Notes under the pieces: model-generated
What the model was told of the DNA's origin: nothing
Databases searched by the model: none
The model's input: only the letters and a program-made list of their open reading frames with translations
Assembly (NCBI RefSeq): GCF_056746865.1
Contig: NZ_CM163382.1
Length of the DNA stretch: 64,000 nt
Direction: 5' to 3' (one strand)
Position numbers and translations under genes: made by a program
In this document: piece after piece, positions 9,148 through 19,335 of the stretch
Position numbering within the stretch: position 1 is the first letter of the stretch
How the letters are laid out: each line of letters opens with the position of its first letter

Positions 9148-9174
9148 AAGCGGTTAACAGGCGGCAAAACTTTA
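9148..9174 (-). promoter_or_regulatory. Candidate sigma-28-type promoter upstream of lfgM
   Basis: The minus strand reads TAAAGTTT-N11-AACCGCTT. The -35 half matches the sigma-28 consensus TAAAGTTT; the -10 half is a weak match to GCCGATAA. Confidence 0.3.
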
Positions 9175-9188
9175 ATCGCCTGCGCAAA

Positions 9189-9926
9189 TTACTCCGCGCT
9201 TACCGTCGTCACCACGCCGCTTTCCGCCACCATCGCGCTGATGACCCGCTGGCTGCTGGCGTTACGCACTTTCACCATCTCGCCTTTGCGACCATTTTTC
9301 AGCGCCACGCCGGGCATCGAGGCGGTGATCCCCGCGCTCTGGTAAACAATCATCACCGGCTGATCGCGTTCGACCAGCACTGGCGAAACCAGCTCTTCTT
9401 TGGTGATGGGCCTGCCCGGTTGCAGCGCGTGTTTACTGCTGAAACCAATCGCGTCATCGGGATCCATCAACACATTGCGGCGCTGGGCGCTGACGTTGTA
9501 GGGCTTCAACTCCACATCATTTGCCGTGAGCGGCGTGTCGCGGGCAACCAGTGACTTCGCCATTACCACCGGCACCAGAACATCCGGGCGCACCGCCACG
9601 TTCATCTGCCAGCTTTGCGGGCAACTGACGGTGAAGTTCATCCGGTTGAGGGTGATTTCCGCAGGCGAAGTGAGCGTGACGCCGGGTGTAGTCGCACAGG
9701 GGGCGGCGGTCGCAATCTGCGAGGGAATATAGACCTTAAAGGTGTAGCGATAGTCATGCCAGCGCCGCTGTTGCGCCAGCGATTCAATTTCCTGGCTCGC
9801 GGCATTTAGCACCTGGGCGTTGACTTGTTCCCGCGCGCTGTGTTGCACGGGGTGGACGGCGGCGTAGCCCGGTAAGGCCAGCACCAGGAGGAAGAACAAC
9901 TTCCGCCTGCAAAATTGAAAACTCAT
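9189..9926 (-). CDS. lfgA: Flagellar P-ring assembly chaperone FlgA
   Basis: 245 aa with a signal peptide (LFFLLVLALPGYAA), divergent from flgB as in canonical flagellar loci. Confidence 0.8.
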   Translation of the reverse strand: MSFQFCRRKLFFLLVLALPGYAAVHPVQHSAREQVNAQVLNAASQEIESLAQQRRWHDYRYTFKVYIPSQIATAAPCATTPGVTLTSPAEITLNRMNFTVSCPQSWQMNVAVRPDVLVPVVMAKSLVARDTPLTANDVELKPYNVSAQRRNVLMDPDDAIGFSSKHALQPGRPITKEELVSPVLVERDQPVMIVYQSAGITASMPGVALKNGRKGEMVKVRNASSQRVISAMVAESGVVTTVSAE

Positions 9927-9955
9927 AAACCCTTTCTCATCAGTGACTTAAAAAA

Positions 9956-9970
9956 TGGCACGGCGATTGC
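9956..9970 (+). promoter_or_regulatory. Candidate sigma-54 (-24/-12) promoter for the lfgB-lfgL operon
   Basis: TGGCAC-ggcga-TTGC with exactly 10 nt between GG and GC, about 38 nt upstream of the lfgB ATG. Confidence 0.6.
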
Positions 9971-10007
9971 TTAGCGTATGCGGATTGAAGCAGGAGTGAC
10001 GCAGGAA

Positions 10008-10343
10008 ATGGGGATCAGTTTTCAACAGGCATTGGGAGTGCATCCGCAGGCAGTGAAGTTACGTCTTGAGAGGACCGAGCTACTGACTGCGAATCTGGCG
10101 AACGTCGATACGCCAAATTTCAAGGCTAAAGATATTGATTTTGCCAGGGAGATGCAACGGGCAAATAACGCGGCGGTGGATGTCCAGTACCGCGTACCGA
10201 TGCAGCCGTCAGAAGATGGCAACACCGTGGAACTGAACAGCGAACAGGCACGGTTTTCACAAAATAGTATGGATTATCAAAGCAGTCTGACCTTTCTGAA
10301 TCTGCAAATCAGCGGCATCAGAGAGGGCATTGAAGGGAAATAA
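10008..10343 (+). CDS. lfgB: Flagellar proximal rod protein FlgB
   Basis: Contains the rod-family N-terminal motif (LANVDTPNFKA). The ORF track starts at 9978; the internal ATG at 10008 gives the typical ~111-aa length. Confidence 0.85.
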   Translation: MGISFQQALGVHPQAVKLRLERTELLTANLANVDTPNFKAKDIDFAREMQRANNAAVDVQYRVPMQPSEDGNTVELNSEQARFSQNSMDYQSSLTFLNLQISGIREGIEGK

Positions 10344-10345
10344 GC

Positions 10346-10777
10346 ATGTCATTTACTGATATCTATCAGATTTCCGGCTCGGCGATGACGGCGCAAACCA
10401 TTCGTCTGAATACCGTTGCCAGTAACCTGGCGAATGCCAATGCACCTGCCGGCAGCGAGGCGCAGGCGTATAAAGCGCGCAGCCCGGTGTTTGCGGCGGT
10501 GTATCACCACAGCTTGCTGGCGGGAACGCATCGTCATGCCATTGATGGTGCCAGCGTGCAGGTGCAGGACGTGCTGCAAACCGGCGGGGCGGTGAAACGC
10601 TATGAACCGCATTCGCCGCTGGCGGATGCTAACGGGGATGTCTGGTATCCCGACGTCAACGTGGTGGAACAGATGGCGGACATGATGTCGGCCTCGCGCG
10701 ATTTTGAAACCAACGTCGATGTGCTCAACAACGTGAAAAGTATGCAGCAAAGCCTGCTGAAACTGGGAGAAGCCTGA
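10346..10777 (+). CDS. lfgC: Flagellar proximal rod protein FlgC
   Basis: 143 aa with the SNLANANAP rod motif. The frame is intact. Confidence 0.85.
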   Translation: MSFTDIYQISGSAMTAQTIRLNTVASNLANANAPAGSEAQAYKARSPVFAAVYHHSLLAGTHRHAIDGASVQVQDVLQTGGAVKRYEPHSPLADANGDVWYPDVNVVEQMADMMSASRDFETNVDVLNNVKSMQQSLLKLGEA

Positions 10778-11490
10778 TGAATACCCTGGCGCTGAATGCG
10801 CAATCGCCGCAGCCGACCGCCACGGCGGAAAGCAACAACGTGGCAGCCAGCGACACGACAAGCAGCAGCGATAGCTCGCCCGTCGATACCTTCCTGACGC
10901 TGTTTGTCGCTGAGATCCAAAACCAGGACCCGACCGACCCGACTGACGCCACCGAATATATCGACCAGCTTTCTTCGATGGCGCAGGTGGCGATGATGGA
11001 AGAGATGAGCGTGCAGGCCAACACCAACGCGGTGCTGATGAGCAACATTCAGGTGATGGCGCTCGGCAACCTGGTGGGTGACGACATTATGGTGCAGACC
11101 ACCGCCTTGCAGGTGAGCGACCAGACCATTAATGGTCGCGCCACGCTTGACGACGCCTGTACCACCGCCGATCTCCACTTTACCGATGCCGCAGGCGATG
11201 ACTACACCGTCTCGCTGATCCCGCAGGGCAGTTCGTCCGTCGGGCCAGGCCAGGTCGATTTCTCGATTAATCCGGCGGATTACGGTATCCCGCCCGGTGA
11301 TTACGACGTCTCGGTGGTGACCAACACCGGGGAAGAAGAGGTGCCGATTGAAGTTTCCGGCGAAGTGGAAGATGTACGCATCCCGCTCGACGGCGGCTCT
11401 CCGGTGCTCAATGTTGCAGGCGTGGGCGAAGTGCCGTTCACCATGATTAGCCAGTTTGGCGTACCCGATGCCGACAGTGATGTGGCGTGA
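10777..11490 (+). CDS. lfgD: Flagellar hook capping/scaffold protein FlgD
   Basis: 237 aa, in the flgD position. Confidence 0.8.
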   Translation: MNTLALNAQSPQPTATAESNNVAASDTTSSSDSSPVDTFLTLFVAEIQNQDPTDPTDATEYIDQLSSMAQVAMMEEMSVQANTNAVLMSNIQVMALGNLVGDDIMVQTTALQVSDQTINGRATLDDACTTADLHFTDAAGDDYTVSLIPQGSSSVGPGQVDFSINPADYGIPPGDYDVSVVTNTGEEEVPIEVSGEVEDVRIPLDGGSPVLNVAGVGEVPFTMISQFGVPDADSDVA

Positions 11491-11504
11491 TGTCCGGTGC
11501 CAAA

Positions 11505-11592
11505 TTGCCTGATGCGCTTCGCTTATCAGGCCTACATGAAACTGCATGGTTTTGTAGGCCGGATAAGGCGTTCACGCCGCATCCGGCAAAAC
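11505..11592. repeat. REP/BIME palindromic units
   Basis: GCCTGATGCG...CTTATCAGGCCTAC and GTAGGCCGGATAAGGCGTTCACGCCGCATCCGGCA units in the flgD-flgE intergenic region. Confidence 0.85.
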
Positions 11593-11633
11593 AACGGGCA
11601 CGCTGTCAAAATTTGAATTAACAGGACGAAACA

Positions 11634-12836
11634 ATGAGTTATGAAATTGCCGCAACGGGGCTGAATGCCGTTAACGAACAGCTCGACGGGATCAGTAACA
11701 ACATCGCCAACGCCGGAACGGTAGGCTATAAGTCGATGACCACCCAGTTTTCAGCCATGTATGCCGGAAGTCAGGCGATGGGCGTCAGCGTGGCAGGCAC
11801 CGCGCAAAGCATTTCGCGCGGCGGTTCGCTGGTCTCCACCGGTAACGCGCTGGATCTGGCGATTAACAACGATGGCTTTTTTGTGACCTGCGACAGCGCG
11901 GGCAACATTTCTTATACCCGCGCCGGATCGTTTGAAACCGACAAAAACGGCTATATTGTCAACGCCTCAGGCGCTTATTTGCAGGGTTATCCGGTCGATG
12001 ACACTGGCACCCTGCAAACCGGTACGGTCACCGATATCCAGATCAAAACCGGCAATATCCCGGCGCAGGCCAGCAGCAGCCTGACCTTTACCGCTAACTT
12101 CGATGCCAGCGACGACGCTATCGACCGCACCACCGTACCATTCGACCCGACCAACAGCAGCTCGTACACCGACAGCTACACCACCACGGTGTATGACTCA
12201 TTGGGTAACGAACATTCGGTATGCCAGTACTTCACCAAAACCAGCGACAACACCTGGGAAGTGCAGTACACCTTCGACGGCCAGCAGCAGACCGGCGTTC
12301 CGGCGACGACATTAACCTTCGACCCGAATACCGGGAAGCTGACCTCGCTAACTACGCCGCAAACCATTGAGTTTCAGACCGACGCCGCCGCGCCCATCGA
12401 CTTAACCGTCGATTACTCCACCTGTACGCAATACGGCTCTGACTTCTCGGTCACCACCAACTCTGCCAACGGCTACGCTTCCGCGACTCAGAACGGTGTG
12501 CAGGTTGATGACGATGGCAAAGTTTACGCCACCTACAGCAACGGCGAGCGCATGTTGCAGGGCCAGGTGGTGCTGGCGACTTTCCCGAATGAAAACGGCC
12601 TGGAGGCAGTGAGCGGCACCGCGTGGGTACAAACCGGGGAATCCGGCACCCCGCTGATTGGCGTTCCAGGCTCCGGTACCTGCGGTACGCTCACGTCCGG
12701 CGTGCTCGAAAGCTCTAACGTCGATATAACCAGCGAGTTAGTCAACCTGATGACCGCCCAGCGTAACTATCAGGCCAACACCAAAGTTATCGCCACCAGC
12801 ACGCAGCTCGATGACGCGCTGTTCCAGGCGATGTAA
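11634..12836 (+). CDS. lfgE: Flagellar hook protein FlgE
   Basis: 400 aa with conserved rod/hook N-terminus (ISNNIANAGTVGYK) and C-terminus (TAQRNYQANTKVI). Confidence 0.9.
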   Translation: MSYEIAATGLNAVNEQLDGISNNIANAGTVGYKSMTTQFSAMYAGSQAMGVSVAGTAQSISRGGSLVSTGNALDLAINNDGFFVTCDSAGNISYTRAGSFETDKNGYIVNASGAYLQGYPVDDTGTLQTGTVTDIQIKTGNIPAQASSSLTFTANFDASDDAIDRTTVPFDPTNSSSYTDSYTTTVYDSLGNEHSVCQYFTKTSDNTWEVQYTFDGQQQTGVPATTLTFDPNTGKLTSLTTPQTIEFQTDAAAPIDLTVDYSTCTQYGSDFSVTTNSANGYASATQNGVQVDDDGKVYATYSNGERMLQGQVVLATFPNENGLEAVSGTAWVQTGESGTPLIGVPGSGTCGTLTSGVLESSNVDITSELVNLMTAQRNYQANTKVIATSTQLDDALFQAM

Positions 12837-13573
12837 TGGACCGTTTGATTTATACCGCCCTGAGCGGTGCTTCTCAGACCCTGTACGAGCAGCAGATCAG
12901 CGCCAACAACCTGGCGAACGTCAACACCAACGGTTTTCGCGCCGATATGGCAATGGCAACCAACGACAAGGTGAAAGGCGGCGGCTTCGACACGCGCTAT
13001 ATGGCGCAGGAAGGGGCCAGCGGCGTGAACGACAGCACAGGTGTTGCGGAGAAAACCGAACGCCCGCTGGACGTGGCGATTCAGGGCGCGGGTTACATTG
13101 CGGTGCAGGATAAAAACGGCAACGAAGTCTATACCCGCAACGGCAACATTCAGCAGGATGACCAGGGGCAACTGACCATCGACGGCAATCTGGTGCTGGG
13201 GGATAACGGCCCGATCATTCTGCCGCCGAACGCCATTGCTTCGTTTGGCAGCGACGGCACGCTGTCGGTGACGCCCGATGACGGCGACGTGACTGCAACC
13301 ATGGATATCGACCGCCTGAAGCTGGTGGATATTCCTGTCGCTAACCTGGCGAAAAATCCTGAAGGGATGCTGATAACTGCCGACGGCGTTCCGGCCCAGC
13401 GCGATGAAAATATCAAAGTCAGTGGCGGTTTTCTCGAAGGCAGCAACGTCTCGGCGGTGAGCGAGATGATGTCGTCCATCGCCATGAACCGCCAGTTTGA
13501 AGCGCAGATCAAGATGATGAAAACCGCCGAAGATATCAGCGACGCGGGCAACCGCTTATTGCGCGGCTCGTAA
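12836..13573 (+). CDS. lfgF: Flagellar proximal rod protein FlgF
   Basis: 245 aa with N-terminal ANNLANVNTNGFR. Confidence 0.85.
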   Translation: MDRLIYTALSGASQTLYEQQISANNLANVNTNGFRADMAMATNDKVKGGGFDTRYMAQEGASGVNDSTGVAEKTERPLDVAIQGAGYIAVQDKNGNEVYTRNGNIQQDDQGQLTIDGNLVLGDNGPIILPPNAIASFGSDGTLSVTPDDGDVTATMDIDRLKLVDIPVANLAKNPEGMLITADGVPAQRDENIKVSGGFLEGSNVSAVSEMMSSIAMNRQFEAQIKMMKTAEDISDAGNRLLRGS

Positions 13574-13579
13574 CCGCAC

Positions 13580-13720
<141 letters not shown>

Positions 13721-13751
13721 GCGGCCGAAAAACAACACGGAATTTACCACC

Positions 13752-14537
13752 ATGAACGCAGCACTATGGATCAGCAAAACCGGCCTCTCGGCGCAGGATG
13801 CTGAAATGAGCGCGATTGCCAACAACATCGCCAACGTTAACACCACCGGCTTCAAGCGTGACCGGGTGATGTTTCAGGATCTGTTCTACCAGACCCAGGA
13901 AGCGCCGGGCGCGATGCTCGATCAGAACAACATCATGCCGACCGGGCTGCAATTCGGTAGCGGCGTGCGCATTGTCGGCACCCAGAAAACCTTCACCGAA
14001 GGCAACGTCGAAACCACCGACAACGCCATGAATGTCGCCATTATGGGGCAGGGGTTTTTGCAGGTGCAAAAGGCCAACGGCGATATCGCCTATACCCGCG
14101 ACGGCAACTTGCAGGTGAACGCCGACGGCGTACTGACCAACTCGCAGGGCTTGCCGTTGCAGCCGGAAATCGACGTTCCGGCGGGGGCGACCAACGTCGC
14201 GTTTGGCGAGGACGGCACGGTGACGGCGATCTTACCCGGCGACAGCGATGTGACCGAGTTAGGGCAACTGACACTGGTGAACTTCGCCAACCCAGCGGGG
14301 CTTTCTGCCGAGGGCGACAACCTGTATCTGGAAACCGCCGCCAGCGGTCAGCCGACCGAAGGTGTGCCGGGCGAAGATGGGCTTGGCACCTTGCAGGACA
14401 ACGCGCTCGAAGGCTCGAACGTGGATATCGTCAACGAAATGGTGGCGATGATTACGGTGCAACGCGCGTACGAGATGAACGCCAAAATGGTGTCGGCAGC
14501 GGACGATATGTTGCAGTACATCAGCCAGACGCTGTAA
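13752..14537 (+). CDS. lfgG: Flagellar distal rod protein FlgG
   Basis: The ATG at 13752 (MNAALWISKTGLSAQDA) gives ~261 aa. The upstream in-frame extension in the ORF track runs through the REP elements. Confidence 0.9.
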   Translation: MNAALWISKTGLSAQDAEMSAIANNIANVNTTGFKRDRVMFQDLFYQTQEAPGAMLDQNNIMPTGLQFGSGVRIVGTQKTFTEGNVETTDNAMNVAIMGQGFLQVQKANGDIAYTRDGNLQVNADGVLTNSQGLPLQPEIDVPAGATNVAFGEDGTVTAILPGDSDVTELGQLTLVNFANPAGLSAEGDNLYLETAASGQPTEGVPGEDGLGTLQDNALEGSNVDIVNEMVAMITVQRAYEMNAKMVSAADDMLQYISQTL

Positions 14538-14560
14538 GGGAGTGGGGGCAACGTGCGGTC

Positions 14561-14685
14561 TGATGCCCTCACCCCGGCCCTCTCCCACAGGGAGAGGGGG
14601 AAAAGCGGTGCACGATGTAACAACGCGCACAGGTCAGTCCCCTCTCCCTTGAGGGAGAGGGTTAGGGTGAGGGGGAACAAACAGC
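14561..14685. repeat. G/C-rich nested-palindrome repeat element, copy 2
   Basis: CCCTCACCCCGGCCCTCTCCCACAGGGAGAGGG ... CCCCTCTCCCTTGAGGGAGAGGGTTAGGGTGAGGG. Two inverted arms, each itself a hairpin, closely similar to the element at 7199..7313. Confidence 0.7.
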
Positions 14686-14743
14686 TCCGCACCCACTAAA
14701 CAACCGGCCACCCCCGTGGCCTGCAACACTAAACAGGCAGAAC

Positions 14744-15409
14744 GTGAAAAATTATCTCTGGCTGGTGGCGCTGCTTCCACTCCTTAGCGGGTGTGAATCA
14801 CAGGCCATTCTGGTCAAAAAAGACGACGCATACTTTGCGCCACCCAAAACCGAAGCGCCGCCTCCGGCAGACGGGCGTGCCGGGGGCGTGTTTGAAACTG
14901 GCTACAACTGGTCGCTAACCGCCGACCGGCGGGCTTACCGCGTGGGCGATATCCTGACGGTGATCCTCGAAGAATCTACCCAGTCGAGCAAACAGGCGAA
15001 AACCAACTTCGGCAAAAACAACACCGTCGATATCGGCGCGCCGACCATTTTTGGTCACACCAAAGATAAGCTTTCCGGCTCTATCGACGCCAACCGCGAC
15101 TTTGACGGCAGCGCCACTTCCCAGCAGCAGAACAGCCTGCGCGGGGAGATCACCGTTTCCGTCCATGCGGTGCAGCCCAACGGCATTCTGGAAATTCGCG
15201 GCGAAAAATGGCTCACCCTCAACCAGGGTGATGAGTACATCCGCTTAAGCGGCCTGGTGCGCGCCGACGATATCCAGAACGACAACTCGGTTTCCTCCCA
15301 GCGGATCGCCGACGCCCGCATTTCCTATGCCGGACGCGGCGCGTTAAGCGACGCCAACGCCGCAGGCTGGCTGACGCGGTTGTTTAACCATCCTCTGTTC
15401 CCGATTTAA
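14744..15409 (+). CDS. lfgH: Flagellar L-ring lipoprotein FlgH
   Basis: 221 aa with a lipoprotein signal and lipobox (LLPLLSGC). Confidence 0.9.
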   Translation: MKNYLWLVALLPLLSGCESQAILVKKDDAYFAPPKTEAPPPADGRAGGVFETGYNWSLTADRRAYRVGDILTVILEESTQSSKQAKTNFGKNNTVDIGAPTIFGHTKDKLSGSIDANRDFDGSATSQQQNSLRGEITVSVHAVQPNGILEIRGEKWLTLNQGDEYIRLSGLVRADDIQNDNSVSSQRIADARISYAGRGALSDANAAGWLTRLFNHPLFPI

Positions 15410-16524
15410 TGCCGGAGAGTGCAATGCAAAACTGGATAAAGGCCGCAGCGATCGCTGTAAGCCTGGCGCTGCCCGGCGTGGCGCTGGCGCAATCGCTGGA
15501 GTCGCTGGTCAACGTACAGGGCGTGCGTGAAAACCAACTGGTCGGCTACAGCCTGGTGGTCGGCCTCGACGGCACGGGTGATAAAAACCAGGTCAAATTC
15601 ACCAACCAGACCATCACCAATATGCTGCGCCAGTTTGGCGTGCAGCTGCCGAATAAAATCGACCCGAAGGTGAAAAACGTCGCGGCGGTGGCGGTGAGCG
15701 CCACGCTGCCGCCGATGTACTCGCGCGGGCAGACCATTGACGTCACCGTTTCGTCGATTGGCGATGCCAAAAGTATTCGCGGCGGCACTTTATTGCTTAC
15801 GCAGCTGCACGGCGCAGATGGCGAAGTGTATGCCCTGGCGCAGGGAAGTGTGGTGGTGGGCGGGATGAATGCCACCGGGGCCAGCGGTTCCAGCGTGACG
15901 GTTAACACACCGACCGCCGGGTTAATTCCCAACGGCGCGACGGTGGAGCGTGAGATCCCCAGCGATTTTCAGATGGGCGACACCATCACCCTCAACCTGA
16001 AACGCCCGTCGTTTAAAGATGCCAACAATATTGCGGCGGCGATCAACGCTTCGTTTGGCGGCATCGCCACCGCGCAGAGTTCCACCAACGTTACCGTGCG
16101 CGCGCCCACCAGCCCCGGCGCGCGGGTGGCGTTTATGTCGCAACTGGATGATGTACAGGTGCAGGCAGAGAAAATCCGCGCCCGCGTGGTGTTTAACTCG
16201 CGCACTGGCACGGTGGTAATGGGCGATGGCGTTGCGCTGCACGCGGCGGCGGTGTCGCACGGCAGTTTGACCGTCTCGATTAACGAAACCAGCAACGTCA
16301 GCCAGCCGAATGCCTTTGCGGGCGGGCGCACGGCGGTAACGCCGCAGAGCAATATCGCGGTGAATCACGCCCGTCCGGGGGTGGTGAGTTTGCCGGAGTC
16401 GAGCAGCCTGAAAACGTTGGTTAATGCGTTGAACAGTTTAGGCGCGACGCCGGATGACATTATGTCGATTTTGCAGGCGCTGCATGAAGCGGGCGCGCTG
16501 GATGCCGACCTGGAGGTGATCTGA
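15409..16524 (+). CDS. lfgI: Flagellar P-ring protein FlgI
   Basis: 371 aa with a signal peptide ([17 protein letters not shown]). Confidence 0.9.
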   Translation: MPESAMQNWIKAAAIAVSLALPGVALAQSLESLVNVQGVRENQLVGYSLVVGLDGTGDKNQVKFTNQTITNMLRQFGVQLPNKIDPKVKNVAAVAVSATLPPMYSRGQTIDVTVSSIGDAKSIRGGTLLLTQLHGADGEVYALAQGSVVVGGMNATGASGSSVTVNTPTAGLIPNGATVEREIPSDFQMGDTITLNLKRPSFKDANNIAAAINASFGGIATAQSSTNVTVRAPTSPGARVAFMSQLDDVQVQAEKIRARVVFNSRTGTVVMGDGVALHAAAVSHGSLTVSINETSNVSQPNAFAGGRTAVTPQSNIAVNHARPGVVSLPESSSLKTLVNALNSLGATPDDIMSILQALHEAGALDADLEVI

Positions 16525-16823
16525 TGAAAGTTAACGGCAGCGGCGGGATTGATGGCAGCGACGCATTAATGGGGCCGAAGGTTCAGGCCAATGATATCAA
16601 GCAGGCTGCGGAACAGTTTGAGGCGATTTTTTTACGCAACATGTTGAAAGAGATGCGTAAAACCAACGAGTTGTTCGATTCGAAAGATAACCCGTTTAAC
16701 AGCGATTCGGTGCGCATGATGCAGGGGTTTTATGACGATGAGTTGTGTAACACCCTGGCGCAGCAGCACGGGATTGGGATTGCGGCGATGATTGTGAAGC
16801 AGTTGTCGCCGAAGCATAAATGA
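16524..16823 (+). CDS. lfgJ: FlgJ-like rod-assembly protein, N-terminal rod-binding domain only
   Basis: 99 aa in the flgJ position between flgI and flgK. It is too short to carry the C-terminal muramidase domain of enterobacterial FlgJ. Confidence 0.65.
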   Translation: MKVNGSGGIDGSDALMGPKVQANDIKQAAEQFEAIFLRNMLKEMRKTNELFDSKDNPFNSDSVRMMQGFYDDELCNTLAQQHGIGIAAMIVKQLSPKHK

Positions 16824-16837
16824 GGCTCCGACGTTCG

Positions 16838-16925
16838 GTGCCTGATGCGACGCTGGCGCGTCTTATCAGGCCTACGAGTCGCCCGTATGTAGGCCGGATA
16901 AGGCGTTCACGCCGCATCCGGCACC
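16838..16925. repeat. REP/BIME palindromic units
   Basis: GCCTGATGCGACGC...CTTATCAGGCCTAC and GTAGGCCGGATAAGGCGTTCACGCCGCATCCGGCA in the flgJ-flgK intergenic region. Confidence 0.85.
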
Positions 16926-16998
16926 CGGTTTACGGAACTTAAGAATCCCCAACCTAACGCCGCTTTTAACCGGCACGATTTACCGGTAAGGATCCAAC

Positions 16999-18375
16999 AT
17001 GGACATGATTAACATCGGCTACAGCGGCGCATCAACCGCGCAGGTGGAGCTGAACGTCACGGCGCAAAACACCGCCAACACCATGACCACGGGCTACACC
17101 CGTCAGGTGGCGGAGATCAGCACCATCGGTGCCAGCGGCGGTTCGCCGAACAGCGCCGGTAACGGCGTGCAGGTCGATAGCATTCGCCGCGTCTCCAACC
17201 AGTATCAGGTGAATCAGGTGTGGTATGCCGCCAGCGATTACGGCTATTACAGCACCCAGCAAGGGTATCTCACGCAACTGGAAGCGGTACTGAGCGACGA
17301 TAACAGCAGCCTGAGCGGCGGCTTCGATAACTTTTTCGCCGCCCTTAACGAAGCGACCACCAGCCCCGATGATTCCGCCCTGCGCGAGCAGGTGATCAGC
17401 GAAGCCGGGGCGCTGTCGCTGCGTATCGACAACACGCTGGATTACATCGACTCGCAAAGCACGGAAATCATCAGCCAGCAGCAGGCGATGGTGTCGCAAA
17501 TTAATACGCTCACCAGCGGTATCGCCAGCTATAACCAGCAAATCGCTCAGGCCGAAGCCAACGGCGATAACGCCTCCGCGCTGTACGACGCCCGCGACCA
17601 GATGGTGGAAGAACTCAGCGGGATGATGGATGTGCAGGTCAATATCGACGACCAGGGCAACTACAACGTTACCCTGAAAAACGGTCAACCGCTGGTGAGC
17701 GGGCAGCAAAGCTCGACCATCGCGCTGGAAACCAACGCCGACGGCACGCCGACCATGTCGCTGACCTTCGCCGGAACCACCTCGACGATGACCACCGACA
17801 CTGGAGGTTCATTAGGCGCACTGTTTGATTATCAAAACGACGTGCTGACGCCGCTGACCGACACCATCAACAGCATGGCGTCGCAGTTTGCCGATGCGGT
17901 CAACAATCAACTGGCGCAGGGCTACGATCTCAACGGCAACCCCGGCGAGCCGCTGTTTATTTATGACGCCAGCAACGCCGATGGCCCGCTGACCGTCAAC
18001 CCGGATATCACCGCCGATGAGCTGGCGTTTTCCAGTTCACCGGACGAAAGCGGTAACAGCGACAACTTACAGGCGCTGATCAATATCTCCACCGAACCGC
18101 TGGAGATAGCCAACCTCGGCAGCGTGACGGTCGGGCAGGCGTGCTCGTCAATCATCAGCAATATCGGCATTTACAGCCAGCAAAACCAGACGGAAGTCGA
18201 TGCCGCGTCCAATGTCTATTCCGCAGCGCAAAACCAGCAGAGCAGCGTCAGCGGCGTCAGCATGGACGAAGAGGCGGTTAACCTGATCACCTATCAACAA
18301 ATTTATGAAGCCAATCTGAAAGTCATTTCCGCCGGGGCCGAGATTTTCGATTCGGTGCTGGAAATGTGCAGCTAA
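16999..18375 (+). CDS. lfgK: Flagellar hook-associated protein 1 FlgK
   Basis: 458 aa with the N-terminal rod/hook-family motif and a conserved C-terminal helix. Confidence 0.85.
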   Translation: MDMINIGYSGASTAQVELNVTAQNTANTMTTGYTRQVAEISTIGASGGSPNSAGNGVQVDSIRRVSNQYQVNQVWYAASDYGYYSTQQGYLTQLEAVLSDDNSSLSGGFDNFFAALNEATTSPDDSALREQVISEAGALSLRIDNTLDYIDSQSTEIISQQQAMVSQINTLTSGIASYNQQIAQAEANGDNASALYDARDQMVEELSGMMDVQVNIDDQGNYNVTLKNGQPLVSGQQSSTIALETNADGTPTMSLTFAGTTSTMTTDTGGSLGALFDYQNDVLTPLTDTINSMASQFADAVNNQLAQGYDLNGNPGEPLFIYDASNADGPLTVNPDITADELAFSSSPDESGNSDNLQALINISTEPLEIANLGSVTVGQACSSIISNIGIYSQQNQTEVDAASNVYSAAQNQQSSVSGVSMDEEAVNLITYQQIYEANLKVISAGAEIFDSVLEMCS

Positions 18376-18389
18376 GCGGGAGCGCGAAA

Positions 18390-19319
18390 ATGCGAGTAAC
18401 CACCCAACAAACCTACGTCTCGATGACGCAAAGTTTTAATAATCTCTCCGGCGATCTGGCGCATGTGGTCGAGCAGATGGCAACCGGCAAGGAAATTTTG
18501 CAGCCGTCGGATGACCCGATCGCCGCCACGCGCATCACCCAGTTGAACCGCCAACAGTCGGCGATTGAGCAGTATCAGAGCAATATCGACTCCGCGTCGG
18601 CGGGGTTAAGTCAGCAGGAATCAATCCTTGATGGCGTCAACAACAGCCTGCTGGCGGTGCGCGACGACCTGCTGGAAGCGGCGAATGGCACCAATACCGC
18701 CGATTCGCTCGCAAGTCTCGGGCAGGATATTGAGTCGCTCACCGAATCAATGGTCGTGGCGCTGAACTATCAGGACGAAGACGGGCATTACGTGTTTGGC
18801 GGTACCATCAACGATCAGCCGCCGATTGTGGCGGTGGACGATGACGGCGATGGCGTGACCGACAGCTACAGCTATCAGGGCAACAGCGACCACCGCCAGA
18901 CCACGGTGTCGAACGGCGTGGAAGTGGATACCAACGTGGCGGCGAGCGATTTCTTCGGCAGCAATTTAGATGTGCTCAACACACTGAATACCCTGTCGCA
19001 GGAGTTGCAAGACCCAAACGTTGACCCGGCCGATCCGCAGGTGCAGAGCGATATTCAGAACGCCGTTGATGTGGTGGACACCGCCTCGGATAACCTCAAC
19101 GCCTCGATTGCGTCGCTCGGCGAGACGCAGAACACCATGTCGATGTTGAGCGATGCGCAGACCGATATCTCTACCTCTAATGATGAGCTGATTGGTTCAT
19201 TACAGGATCTCGATTACGGCCCGGCGTCGATCACCTTTACCGGACTGGAAGTAGCAATGGAAGCTACCCTCAAGACTTACTCGAAAGTGAGTGAGTTGAA
19301 TTTGTTCAGCGTTCTCTAA
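18390..19319 (+). CDS. lfgL: Flagellar hook-associated protein 3 FlgL
   Basis: The ATG at 18390 (MRVTTQQTY) follows the flgK stop and gives ~309 aa with a flagellin-like N-terminus. Confidence 0.8.
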   Translation: MRVTTQQTYVSMTQSFNNLSGDLAHVVEQMATGKEILQPSDDPIAATRITQLNRQQSAIEQYQSNIDSASAGLSQQESILDGVNNSLLAVRDDLLEAANGTNTADSLASLGQDIESLTESMVVALNYQDEDGHYVFGGTINDQPPIVAVDDDGDGVTDSYSYQGNSDHRQTTVSNGVEVDTNVAASDFFGSNLDVLNTLNTLSQELQDPNVDPADPQVQSDIQNAVDVVDTASDNLNASIASLGETQNTMSMLSDAQTDISTSNDELIGSLQDLDYGPASITFTGLEVAMEATLKTYSKVSELNLFSVL

Positions 19320-19335
19320 CTCTTTCAGGAACAGT

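Noticed and set aside
10600-11547. 315-aa minus-strand ORF over flgC and flgD
   Set aside because: Antisense shadow ORF; the plus-strand genes have clear rod and hook motifs.
14259-14692. ORFs 14259..14630 and 14348..14692 across the second repeat copy
   Set aside because: Repeat-derived, and they overlap the flgG 3' end.
17032-17709. 225-aa minus-strand ORF within flgK
   Set aside because: Antisense shadow ORF.
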